Shown piece after piece: positions 7,675 through 15,446 of a DNA stretch of 51,337 bases. How positions within the stretch are numbered: the stretch's first letter is position 1; each line of letters opens with the position of its first letter. Location: IMG/VR virus record IMGVR_UViG_3300036846_000218, positions 1 through 51,337 of that record; one strand, 5' to 3'. The notes beneath the pieces were generated by a model. That model ran no database searches. It saw nothing but the letters and a program-made list of their open reading frames with translations, and was not told the DNA's origin. The stretch is from a virus. Position numbers and translations under genes: made by a program.

Positions 7675-9247
7675 ACCGTATCAAACCGAAGCGGAGAATG
7701 CTATATGGCAATACTTCGGAACGAAGACGGGAAATCCATTAATATGCCTTCCCACCGGCACCGGGAAATCCTTGGTTATTGGTTGGTTCATACAACATGT
7801 GATGGAAAGGTATCCGTCATCTCGCATCCTAGCACTTACCCATGTGAAGGAATTGATCAAACAGAACTCGACCAAATTAGAGCAGATTTGGCCCTCTGCC
7901 CCGTTCGGCATCTATTCTGCTGGTTTACGTAAGAAAGAACACAATTGGCCTATCATCTTCGGCGGCATTGGAACCGTTGCAAACAGCGTTGAAGTGTTAG
8001 GCAGATTCGATTTAATGCTGGTGGACGAAGCGCACCTAATGAGCGGCAAGGACGATTCGATGTACGGTGCTGTCGTCGCCGCTCTAAAGAATAAGAACCC
8101 TTGCTTAAAAGTGATTGGATTCACCGCTACGCCATACCGCACCGGGCAAGGGTTACTAACTGAAAGCGGTTTGTTCACTGATGTATGTTACGACTGCACT
8201 ACGATGCGAGCGTTTAACCGGCTGATCGATGACGGTTACATGTGCATGTTGATCCCGAAGCGAACGAACCTCACCTTTGATTTAAGTAAGGTTCCAATAC
8301 GAAACGGCGACTATGCAACCGGTGAATTGGAAGAGAGAATTGACCACCACGATGTGACTTACACGGCTTGCAAAGAGGCATTAACCGTTGCTTCAAATCG
8401 CAATTGCTGGTTAACCTTTGCCGCTGGAATCAAACACGCCGAACACATCGCGGGAATGCTGAACAACTTCGGGATTCCATCAAAGGCAATTCATTCTAAG
8501 ATACCGGAGAGTGACAGGGACCAATACATCAGTGACTTTCGCACCGGCAAGTTACGTTGTGCTGTCACCAATAACATCTTGACGACTGGGTTTGATCATC
8601 CTCCAATCGATTTAATTCTGATGATGCGCCCAACGCTGTCCACTGGTTTGTGGGTACAGATGTTGGGCAGAGGTACACGTCCTAGCATCGAAACAGCGAA
8701 AGAGGACTGCTTGTGTTTAGATTTTGCCGGAAACACCCCTAGATTGGGACCAATCAACGACCCTGTTCTACCCCGTAAAAAGGGTCAAGGACAACCCGGT
8801 GTTGCCCCAATTAGGATTTGTGATCAGTGCGGCACTTACAATCATGCCAGCGCAACAGTTTGCTACGTTTGCGGCTATGTGTTCCCTCATCAAGTAAAGA
8901 TCAGTGCAACGGCGGGAACCGATGAACTAATTAGAACTGACGTGCCGATGGTTCATCAGTTCAGAGTTGATCGAGTGTTGTACAACGGTTTTCAATCAAA
9001 TGGTTTCAACATTCTCAGAGTGAATTACATATGCGGTCTGCGGGACTTTTCTGAAATCGTTTGTTTGGAGCACCCCGGCAAAGCTGGTGGAATGGCTGTT
9101 CAATGGTGGAAGCATCGCATGGGCAGCGAGAAAGCGCCGCCCACAGTCAACGAAGCATTGAACTGGTGTAGGGAGTTATCAGTTCCAAAACAAGTTTGGG
9201 TGGATGTGAACCGCAAGTATCCGAAAATCATCAAAGCGGAGTTTTGA
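7655..9247 (+). CDS. Superfamily-2 DEAD/DEAH-box DNA helicase with a C-terminal zinc ribbon
   Basis: GTG start with AAGGA 6 nt upstream. Motif I CLPTGTGKS, motif II LVDEAHLM, motif III FTATPYR, motif VI QMLGRGTR. The zinc ribbon is CDQCGTYNHASATVCYVCGY. Confidence 0.85.
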   Translation: MDALVPRPYQTEAENAIWQYFGTKTGNPLICLPTGTGKSLVIGWFIQHVMERYPSSRILALTHVKELIKQNSTKLEQIWPSAPFGIYSAGLRKKEHNWPIIFGGIGTVANSVEVLGRFDLMLVDEAHLMSGKDDSMYGAVVAALKNKNPCLKVIGFTATPYRTGQGLLTESGLFTDVCYDCTTMRAFNRLIDDGYMCMLIPKRTNLTFDLSKVPIRNGDYATGELEERIDHHDVTYTACKEALTVASNRNCWLTFAAGIKHAEHIAGMLNNFGIPSKAIHSKIPESDRDQYISDFRTGKLRCAVTNNILTTGFDHPPIDLILMMRPTLSTGLWVQMLGRGTRPSIETAKEDCLCLDFAGNTPRLGPINDPVLPRKKGQGQPGVAPIRICDQCGTYNHASATVCYVCGYVFPHQVKISATAGTDELIRTDVPMVHQFRVDRVLYNGFQSNGFNILRVNYICGLRDFSEIVCLEHPGKAGGMAVQWWKHRMGSEKAPPTVNEALNWCRELSVPKQVWVDVNRKYPKIIKAEF

Positions 9248-9260
9248 AAGGACATTGGGA

Positions 9261-9728
9261 ATGTACTTTTCTGATGCAGTTTGGTATGACGGACACCTAT
9301 TCCAATCAACGCTAGAGGCACAATACGCTAGATTTTTTGAACTATTGGGGTATCCGTACATACCTCATCCACGTCCGTTACCGGGATGGGGCCCGGACTT
9401 TGAAATACATGTGCGCTGCCCATTTACACTACCTTGCAACCGAATTCACAAACTCCTTGTTGAATGCAAGTTTTTTAAATTGACAACCCTATTTAAGGAT
9501 ACAAACGTTGCTAGATATGCCGATTCATTAAACTCGCCCGAATGCACTCTAAATGGTTGTGACGGAATACTTCTGCTTGGGCATCACCCATTTGTATCAT
9601 GGATTGGATGGCGTGATTATCATGTTGGTGAACAGCGTGACGGTCTTTGTTCGTGGTTTCCGAAGCATGATTTAGCAAAACACTTTGCTAAGGCAGTTGA
9701 AGACATTGATAACTTGCCAAGGTTTTAA
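9261..9728 (+). CDS. Putative restriction-endonuclease-fold (PD-(D/E)XK, Hjc/TnsA-like) nuclease
   Basis: STLEAQYARFFELLGYPY ... GPDFEIH ... KLLVECKF gives an E...D...ExK spacing. SD AAAGGA lies upstream of the ATG at 9261. Confidence 0.5.
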   Translation: MYFSDAVWYDGHLFQSTLEAQYARFFELLGYPYIPHPRPLPGWGPDFEIHVRCPFTLPCNRIHKLLVECKFFKLTTLFKDTNVARYADSLNSPECTLNGCDGILLLGHHPFVSWIGWRDYHVGEQRDGLCSWFPKHDLAKHFAKAVEDIDNLPRF

Positions 9729-9767
9729 TTGACTTCGATTCTCTCGCAAGTTCAGGATGGATCAATC

Positions 9768-10367
9768 ATGGCGACTACTGACTATCTCCCCGTAGCAACT
9801 GCTGGTGGTGCCAACGTTGACACTCAAGCCAACTTCGCCGGTTCAGGCTATCAGACGAATGGTTTTCAAACTGGTGTCGCGCAATCCAAGCAGTTGAATA
9901 AGGTTTGGCGGCAAGCGTCAATGATGGCATCCGCATGGGCGCAAGTCATCCTTCAGACGCTTACACAGAGCGTTCCCGATGACGGCAATCAAGCAAGCCT
10001 TGTTACTCAACTTAAACAGACCATCGCTGCCATCATTACCGGGCAAGTCAAGCCTCAAATTATATCCGTTGCATTCAGTGCAACCCCGGCATTTAATTGC
10101 GCTCTAGGCAACACGTCCCGCCCGGTGTTTTCAATCACGCTTACAGGCAACGTCACGTCTTCATCGTTCACCAATCTGGTACCCGGCCAACAAATCACCA
10201 TGCACATCCTGCAAGATGCTACCGGTGGACATACCTTTGCTTGGCCCTCTGGTACTGTAGGCACTGGTGTAATCGATACGACACCTAATCAATTCAACGC
10301 TCAAGTCTTCAGTGTGAGCCTCACTAACAGTGTAGTTTCTGTTTCGCCGCTCACATTGCAGCTATAG
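9768..10367 (+). CDS. Tail fibre protein (short)
   Basis: The ATG at 9768 is preceded by AGGA. The N-terminus ATTDYLPVATAGGANVDTQANFAGSGYQTNGFQTGVAQSKQLNKVWRQASMMASAWAQVI matches the conserved fibre N-terminal pattern. Confidence 0.6.
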   Translation: MATTDYLPVATAGGANVDTQANFAGSGYQTNGFQTGVAQSKQLNKVWRQASMMASAWAQVILQTLTQSVPDDGNQASLVTQLKQTIAAIITGQVKPQIISVAFSATPAFNCALGNTSRPVFSITLTGNVTSSSFTNLVPGQQITMHILQDATGGHTFAWPSGTVGTGVIDTTPNQFNAQVFSVSLTNSVVSVSPLTLQL

Positions 10368-10376
10368 GAGAAACCC

Positions 10377-10535
10377 ATGATTATTGTGTTGCCGTTACTG
10401 ATTAGCATTGTTGGCTTAGTTGTTTATGCACTCAGTAACAAACCCAAAGTTGAAGCAATCGCCCTTCATATGTTTTGGGTTGGATTGCTTGTCTTTCTCG
10501 CACACTTCAACGGAATGTTCAAAATAACCAACTGA
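10377..10535 (+). CDS. 52-aa two-TM membrane protein (below the ORF-track cutoff)
   Basis: SD AGGAGAAACCC precedes the ATG. Product is MIIVLPLLISIVGLVVYALSNKPKVEAIALHMFWVGLLVFLAHFNGMFKITN. Confidence 0.5.
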   Translation: MIIVLPLLISIVGLVVYALSNKPKVEAIALHMFWVGLLVFLAHFNGMFKITN

Positions 10536-10548
10536 AAGGAAACTTCCG

Positions 10549-10782
10549 ATGGCAGGAGAGCGTTCAGTCTACACCTACATTGCTCCGGCTGATAAGAACG
10601 GACCGGGAACACAAACAACATACACTTTCAGCTTCGATATCATGGGACCGGACAAAGTGTCTCAGATGAAAACAATCCATGATGAACTGTTCGCGCTAGC
10701 TGATAGTGTTACTTCCACAGCGCAAGCCGTGCTCAAAGCACCGGAACCGCCCCCGGAACCCCCGCAAGTGATGCCAGCTTAA
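10549..10782 (+). CDS. Hypothetical protein
   Basis: 77 aa. AAAGGAAA lies upstream of the ATG. The C-terminus is PEPPPEPPQVMPA. Confidence 0.5.
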   Translation: MAGERSVYTYIAPADKNGPGTQTTYTFSFDIMGPDKVSQMKTIHDELFALADSVTSTAQAVLKAPEPPPEPPQVMPA

Positions 10783-10829
10783 TTTTGCCTACACCACCAG
10801 ACCGCGAATGCTGATCAGGAGAAACTTGA

Positions 10830-13154
10830 ATGAATTACGATAACGCTTCCCCGATTCCTAACAAGTGGTTGCAACCTGATGGCAGCATTACCACCTTTGA
10901 CGGCACCATTGTTATCCAAGCGGCAAATCAACCGGGAGTTAATTACTATAACGCGCAATCACCGATTCCAAACAAGACACTGAATCCGAACAATTCAGTC
11001 ACCACGTTCCCGCAAGCCGGTGCCGGGGTGACAACTCCTGCCGGTCCTCAAGGTGCGGTGCAATTCAATGACACAGGCGGATTCAACGGCACCGGTGCCT
11101 TGACTGCCGATGCATCCGGCAACCTAAAGATGGCTGGTGGAACATTGACTTTGAGCGGTGCTAGCAGCATCGCTATCACTGGCACCGGTACCCTCACCGC
11201 ACCCGTTTTCTGGTATGGAACTAATTTAGGTTTCTCAGCGTCAGCAAACGGGCAGATGTTATACTTTTGGCCCGGAATAGCTGGGCGAAGAATAGGCTTC
11301 AGTGGTCAAGGAACTGGAAGCGGAATTATATTTAGTGCCGCTTGTGCTGTTAGTTGGAGTCCAGATTCTCCCAATTTGAATGATCCTCCCACCGCACCCG
11401 ATACGTTTCTTTATAGGGGAGGACCGGGGCAACTTCGTATATACGGAACTAGTTTCTCACCGGGTTCGCTTGCCCTTATTCCGTGGCAAGCCGCAACTGC
11501 TGCTACAAACTACAGTCCTGGCGCATTCATTGCCGGTGGTACCTATTGGAACGGTACAGCATCAGCAAACGATGCTTGGAGTATTCAACAGGTATTTGGC
11601 ACCGGTACCAATCCCACTAGTCAATTGCAAATCCTCCACACCGGTACAACCGGTGCAACGCAAACCTTCATCGGTAGCAATATTGCAATCGATGTTGCCG
11701 GTACAATTCCAGTTCCGTCTGCTGCTTCGTTTTCTGTCAGCAACAATGGAACCTCTTTGTTTCAAATAGCACCGCCCCCCGGTGGAAGCTATCTCGTAGG
11801 AGGAACCAATTTACTATATATGCCGCGAGGGTCTGGTGGAGGAGGTTATTTAACCATTCCTGCCGGTGGGATGATTGGAATAACCGGTGCGAGTGCATTC
11901 GGCTTAGGTTACTGCGGTGGTCCTCCTAGCCTCAACACATTAATCATAAATACTGCATTAAACGTAAATCAATTTTCGATGAGTGGCGGTACAGCAGGGA
12001 TTTCTCCAAAACTCGTTGTTCAAGGCAGCGATGCAAACATCGGTATGATCTTTGGAACCAAAGGTACCGGGACCATTAACCTTGGCGATATCACAGCGCG
12101 AAACAGCATCATCATCGCACCGTCAGCAACCGGAACAGGACCGGTTATTAGCAGTGCTGGAGTAGACACCAACATCGATATCAACATTGACCCGGCAGGT
12201 ACAGGCAACGTTAATCTCGTTGGTCCGACCAACATCAATGGCAATTTGATGGTCACTGGAATATCAACACTTACCGGTGATGCCAATATCAGCGGCAACG
12301 TGACAGCACTCGGAGCACTCGGTATTAACACAACTCCCGGTTATCAATTTAATTTGAAGAATGCTGCCGCCGTAAATTCACCCTGTTTTATGATTACAAA
12401 AAGCACCGGTCTCACTCCAGGCGCAGTTTCAATTACATTCAATGAACCTTCCAACTACGTGACCCTCAGTCTTGGAGGAGCATCAATTCAAGGATTTGGA
12501 GGCAGTCTTGCCATGCCTTCCATGAGTACAACAGGCGGATCAGTTGTAAGTTTCGCACCACAAATAGGTAGCGTTGTTCCACTTTCACTTACAAATCAGG
12601 CGGCAACCGTCACTGCCCACTATTTCAACGTTACACAAAGCGGTCAAACAGCCGGTAATCTCTTCAATATCGATCAGGCGGGTAATACAAACGTTGGTGG
12701 TGTGTTCACAGCCGGTGTTGGCGGCACCGCTGCTTTTCAAGTAATTGCTTCTGCCGGAACGTTCACACAAGGTTTTACAATAAGACCGGCAGGTACAAGT
12801 GGCATAGCAGCACTTCAAGTCACTAATGGTTTTCTGCTTGGATGTGGTCCGGGAGGAGTAATTCAATTAGGTTACGGGGGCACTGGTGCTTCTGTCACGT
12901 TAGTCGTTCAAGCAGCCGCATACGTCAATCAATTTTCGATGAGTGGCGGTACAGCAGGGATTTCTCCAAAACTCATTGTTCAAGGCAACGACACCAACAT
13001 AAATTTGTCCCTGCAACCAAAAGGCACCGGTGCATTAAACGTGTCTGGAGTACAAGCGTTTACTAACAATGCCGCTGCCATCGCTGGTGGTTTAATCGCC
13101 GGATCAATTTACCGCACTGGTGCTGATCCAGATGTACTCTGCATCGTTCACTAA
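10830..13154 (+). CDS. Large Gly/Thr/Ala-rich tail fibre or receptor-binding protein with internal repeats
   Basis: 774 aa with SD CAGGAGAAA. The N-terminal SPIPNK(W/T)L(Q/N)P...(I/V)TTF motif is duplicated. The composition is beta-rich with G/T/S/A/N. The segment NQFSMSGGTAGISPKL(V/I)VQG occurs twice. Confidence 0.65.
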   Translation: MNYDNASPIPNKWLQPDGSITTFDGTIVIQAANQPGVNYYNAQSPIPNKTLNPNNSVTTFPQAGAGVTTPAGPQGAVQFNDTGGFNGTGALTADASGNLKMAGGTLTLSGASSIAITGTGTLTAPVFWYGTNLGFSASANGQMLYFWPGIAGRRIGFSGQGTGSGIIFSAACAVSWSPDSPNLNDPPTAPDTFLYRGGPGQLRIYGTSFSPGSLALIPWQAATAATNYSPGAFIAGGTYWNGTASANDAWSIQQVFGTGTNPTSQLQILHTGTTGATQTFIGSNIAIDVAGTIPVPSAASFSVSNNGTSLFQIAPPPGGSYLVGGTNLLYMPRGSGGGGYLTIPAGGMIGITGASAFGLGYCGGPPSLNTLIINTALNVNQFSMSGGTAGISPKLVVQGSDANIGMIFGTKGTGTINLGDITARNSIIIAPSATGTGPVISSAGVDTNIDINIDPAGTGNVNLVGPTNINGNLMVTGISTLTGDANISGNVTALGALGINTTPGYQFNLKNAAAVNSPCFMITKSTGLTPGAVSITFNEPSNYVTLSLGGASIQGFGGSLAMPSMSTTGGSVVSFAPQIGSVVPLSLTNQAATVTAHYFNVTQSGQTAGNLFNIDQAGNTNVGGVFTAGVGGTAAFQVIASAGTFTQGFTIRPAGTSGIAALQVTNGFLLGCGPGGVIQLGYGGTGASVTLVVQAAAYVNQFSMSGGTAGISPKLIVQGNDTNINLSLQPKGTGALNVSGVQAFTNNAAAIAGGLIAGSIYRTGADPDVLCIVH
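11962..12030 (+). repeat. Intragenic direct repeat, copy 1
   Basis: 11967-12014 is identical to 12927-12974 (48 bp). About 66 bp match with 3 mismatches. The offset is exactly 960 bp (320 codons). Confidence 0.9.
12922..12990 (+). repeat. Intragenic direct repeat, copy 2
   Basis: See copy 1. The shared string is AATCAATTTTCGATGAGTGGCGGTACAGCAGGGATTTCTCCAAAACTC. Confidence 0.9.
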
Positions 13155-13167
13155 GGTTGAATACCAA

Positions 13168-13446
13168 ATGCCTAATTCAGTCACCGTTGCGAACTTGAAA
13201 TTATCCCCGCGCCTGATTCACACGAATCCGGTAAATGGACGTGTAGCTGTACAGTTGCCGACTGAATTCGTGATTGTTCTATCTCAGCTTCTAAACACAA
13301 TGGGCAAGCGGTCCGATTACTTCGCTACCTGCATTAGCTGTGAGCACTGGAAAAACCAATGCACAAAATTCAACTGTATGCCGCCCCCAGAAGTGATTGC
13401 TAACGGTTGCGAGTCTTACGAGGACAAGGATTTTGTTCCTTTTTGA
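13168..13446 (+). CDS. Small Cys-rich protein ending in an SSB-tip-like DFVPF
   Basis: 92 aa starting at MPNSVTV. Contains CISCEHWKNQCTKFNC...NGC and the C-terminus YEDKDFVPF. Confidence 0.55.
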   Translation: MPNSVTVANLKLSPRLIHTNPVNGRVAVQLPTEFVIVLSQLLNTMGKRSDYFATCISCEHWKNQCTKFNCMPPPEVIANGCESYEDKDFVPF

Positions 13447-13455
13447 AAGGACACA

Positions 13456-14214
13456 ATGACTACTAAGATCACCAGCACTGCCATTGTAAATTCAACCGTT
13501 GACAGCACCGTCATTGGCGCAATAACACCCGCGAATGCTACCGTCAACGCTTTAATTGTCAATGGCTTTTTAACCGGTCCGGTTGGCAGTGTTCTAACCA
13601 TTCGTCCCGGCGGTGCCGGTAATGCAAACATCGTAGACATTCAAAACTTTGCCGGAACTGTCAATTATTTTTTGGTGGACATAAACGGTGTTATCACCAT
13701 CGGACCGGGACCGGTTAACTTAAACGGCACTCTCAATGCATCGGCAATAAGTGTAAGCGGCGGAATCACCACTGCCGGGTTGACCGTAAACATATCAGCG
13801 TCAATTGCTGCACTAACTGTATCCGGCAACACAACCACTGCCTCACTAATAGCCAACATACAAGCACAAGCCCCAACCGTAGCAGCGGCAGACAGTAGCA
13901 CCAATGTTGCCACTACAGCATGGGTTCGACTTGGCTTCGCGGCATCATTTGCAGCAAACGGATACTTCAAGTTCCCAACTTGGCTAGGTGGTCTGATTCT
14001 GCAATGGGGTTATAACAATGCCGCTGCTTCAAGCATGTCTGTATCATTTCCCACTGCCTTTACTAATTGCTATCACGTTCACTGTATGCCCACGAACTAC
14101 GGACCGAATGCCGGTAGAGACAGTCAATATCTGACTGCGGTAAGTGCTACCGCATTCACTGTAGGTTGCGGCGGATCAACCATCGCGGCATTGTGGTTTG
14201 CAATCGGGAATTAA
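13456..14214 (+). CDS. Tail fibre protein with a gp53-like C-terminal domain
   Basis: 252 aa with SD AAAGGA. The N-terminal part is repetitive and T/N/V/G-rich. The C-terminus STNVATTAWVRLGFAAS...GYFKFPTWLGGLILQWGY...SVSFPTAFTN matches the common fibre-tip pattern. Confidence 0.65.
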   Translation: MTTKITSTAIVNSTVDSTVIGAITPANATVNALIVNGFLTGPVGSVLTIRPGGAGNANIVDIQNFAGTVNYFLVDINGVITIGPGPVNLNGTLNASAISVSGGITTAGLTVNISASIAALTVSGNTTTASLIANIQAQAPTVAAADSSTNVATTAWVRLGFAASFAANGYFKFPTWLGGLILQWGYNNAAASSMSVSFPTAFTNCYHVHCMPTNYGPNAGRDSQYLTAVSATAFTVGCGGSTIAALWFAIGN

Positions 14215-14218
14215 AATT

Positions 14219-14458
14219 ATGGATATGAAAACAGAACTAACCGATGAACAAGTACAGCAATTCTCAAATGCGATCATTCCCACTGTCTACGATCACATTT
14301 GTCCAACCTGCCAAGCTGCCCCAACCGTACAATGTTTAACTCGAAAGAAAGACGGTTGGACTCAATTAAAAGCACCGCACATGTCGCGCATCATCAAAGC
14401 ATCTAAGGCGTTTCTAGTGGAACTGCACAATGCCAAGAAAGAAACAGAGCAGCAATGA
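14219..14458 (+). CDS. Small Cys-containing protein
   Basis: 79 aa starting at MDMKTEL. Contains CPTCQAAPTVQC. Confidence 0.5.
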   Translation: MDMKTELTDEQVQQFSNAIIPTVYDHICPTCQAAPTVQCLTRKKDGWTQLKAPHMSRIIKASKAFLVELHNAKKETEQQ

Positions 14459-15446
14459 TGCCCCACCAAAGAAACAGGAGAACACCCTTCTCACTGCTTT
14501 GCAGTTTGTCGCAAGGGTACAACCTAAGCGGAGCACTGTCGCTGCTTTTAGCCATGTTAGGTTGTTTGGCGGCAGGGTATCTGCTACTGGTCCTATACTA
14601 TCAGCTTCAATAGCAATTCAAGAGGACATTGAGTGTTGCCCCGACACTCAGAAATTCATTCAAGCGTTGAAGCAATGTCCAGATGCGGTGAGCCTCACCC
14701 TTCTACCTACAAAGGAACTCTCAATTAAATCTGGCAACTTTCAAGCTGCCGTTCCCTGCATCGATCAAGCCAACATCCCGGCCATTGCGCCCGACCAAAG
14801 ACAAGCGGACGTGGAAGTTTACTTTCAGCAAGCACTAGAGCGGGTAGGGGAAATTTCAAACGAACGTTCTAAATTAATTATCTATTCAAGCGTTGTCATG
14901 CTCTCCGGGTCCGTCATCGCAACCAACGGCGAAGTCATCATGGAGTGTTGGCACGGCTGCACAACCCCAAAAGATTTGATCGTGCCTAAGCTGTTCATCT
15001 CAGCCCTCAAACGGACGCGAGGTAAAACGCTTTACTCGCTCGGATGGTCCCTCGATACCCTTACGGCCTACTACCCCGATGGATCATGGCTTAAAACCCG
15101 TCTGCCGATTGATCCCGACATACCGAAATTGCAGGAATTTCTAGGCATCCCGTCCACCCCCACACCCGCCCCCTTGGGGTTGTGGGCAGCGGTAGACCGG
15201 CTTGCGCCCTTCTCTCAAGACGGACGCATTTACTTTAGAGAAGAGGGCGTCTGTACGGACCAATACAAAACGGATGGTGCAATCAACTTGTGCGAAGGAT
15301 TACCAACCGGTCTATCCTTCCCCATTGCCGCTCTCCAACTCATTGCACAATTCACCGATACACTCGCGTTCAACGTCACGGAGAAAATGACGTTCTTCTT
15401 TGGTCCAAACATTCGTGGTGCTATCGCACAGAGGTTGGAATCATGA
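14430..15446 (+). CDS. DNA polymerase sliding clamp (beta-clamp, DnaN-like)
   Basis: 338 aa. By-eye alignment to E. coli DnaN landmarks: LSIKSGNFQAAVPCIDQANIPAI vs LVRSGRSRFSLSTLPAADFPNL; VIATNGEVIMEC vs TVATDGHRLAVC; LIVPKLFISALKR vs VIVPRKGVIELMR. Confidence 0.65.
   Translation: MPRKKQSSNDAPPKKQENTLLTALQFVARVQPKRSTVAAFSHVRLFGGRVSATGPILSASIAIQEDIECCPDTQKFIQALKQCPDAVSLTLLPTKELSIKSGNFQAAVPCIDQANIPAIAPDQRQADVEVYFQQALERVGEISNERSKLIIYSSVVMLSGSVIATNGEVIMECWHGCTTPKDLIVPKLFISALKRTRGKTLYSLGWSLDTLTAYYPDGSWLKTRLPIDPDIPKLQEFLGIPSTPTPAPLGLWAAVDRLAPFSQDGRIYFREEGVCTDQYKTDGAINLCEGLPTGLSFPIAALQLIAQFTDTLAFNVTEKMTFFFGPNIRGAIAQRLES

Noticed and set aside
10830-13154. Diversity-generating retroelement (template/variable repeat) in the fibre gene
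   Set aside because: No reverse transcriptase ORF exists anywhere in the replicon. Both repeat copies are inside the same coding frame, and the few mismatches are not adenine-specific.
15290-15442. Upstream extension of the polymerase ORF to 15290
   Set aside because: It overlaps the clamp gene by 150 nt in another frame. The ATG at 15443 forms an ATGA stop-start overlap with the clamp gene and begins a sensible N-terminus (MSLFQNNF).
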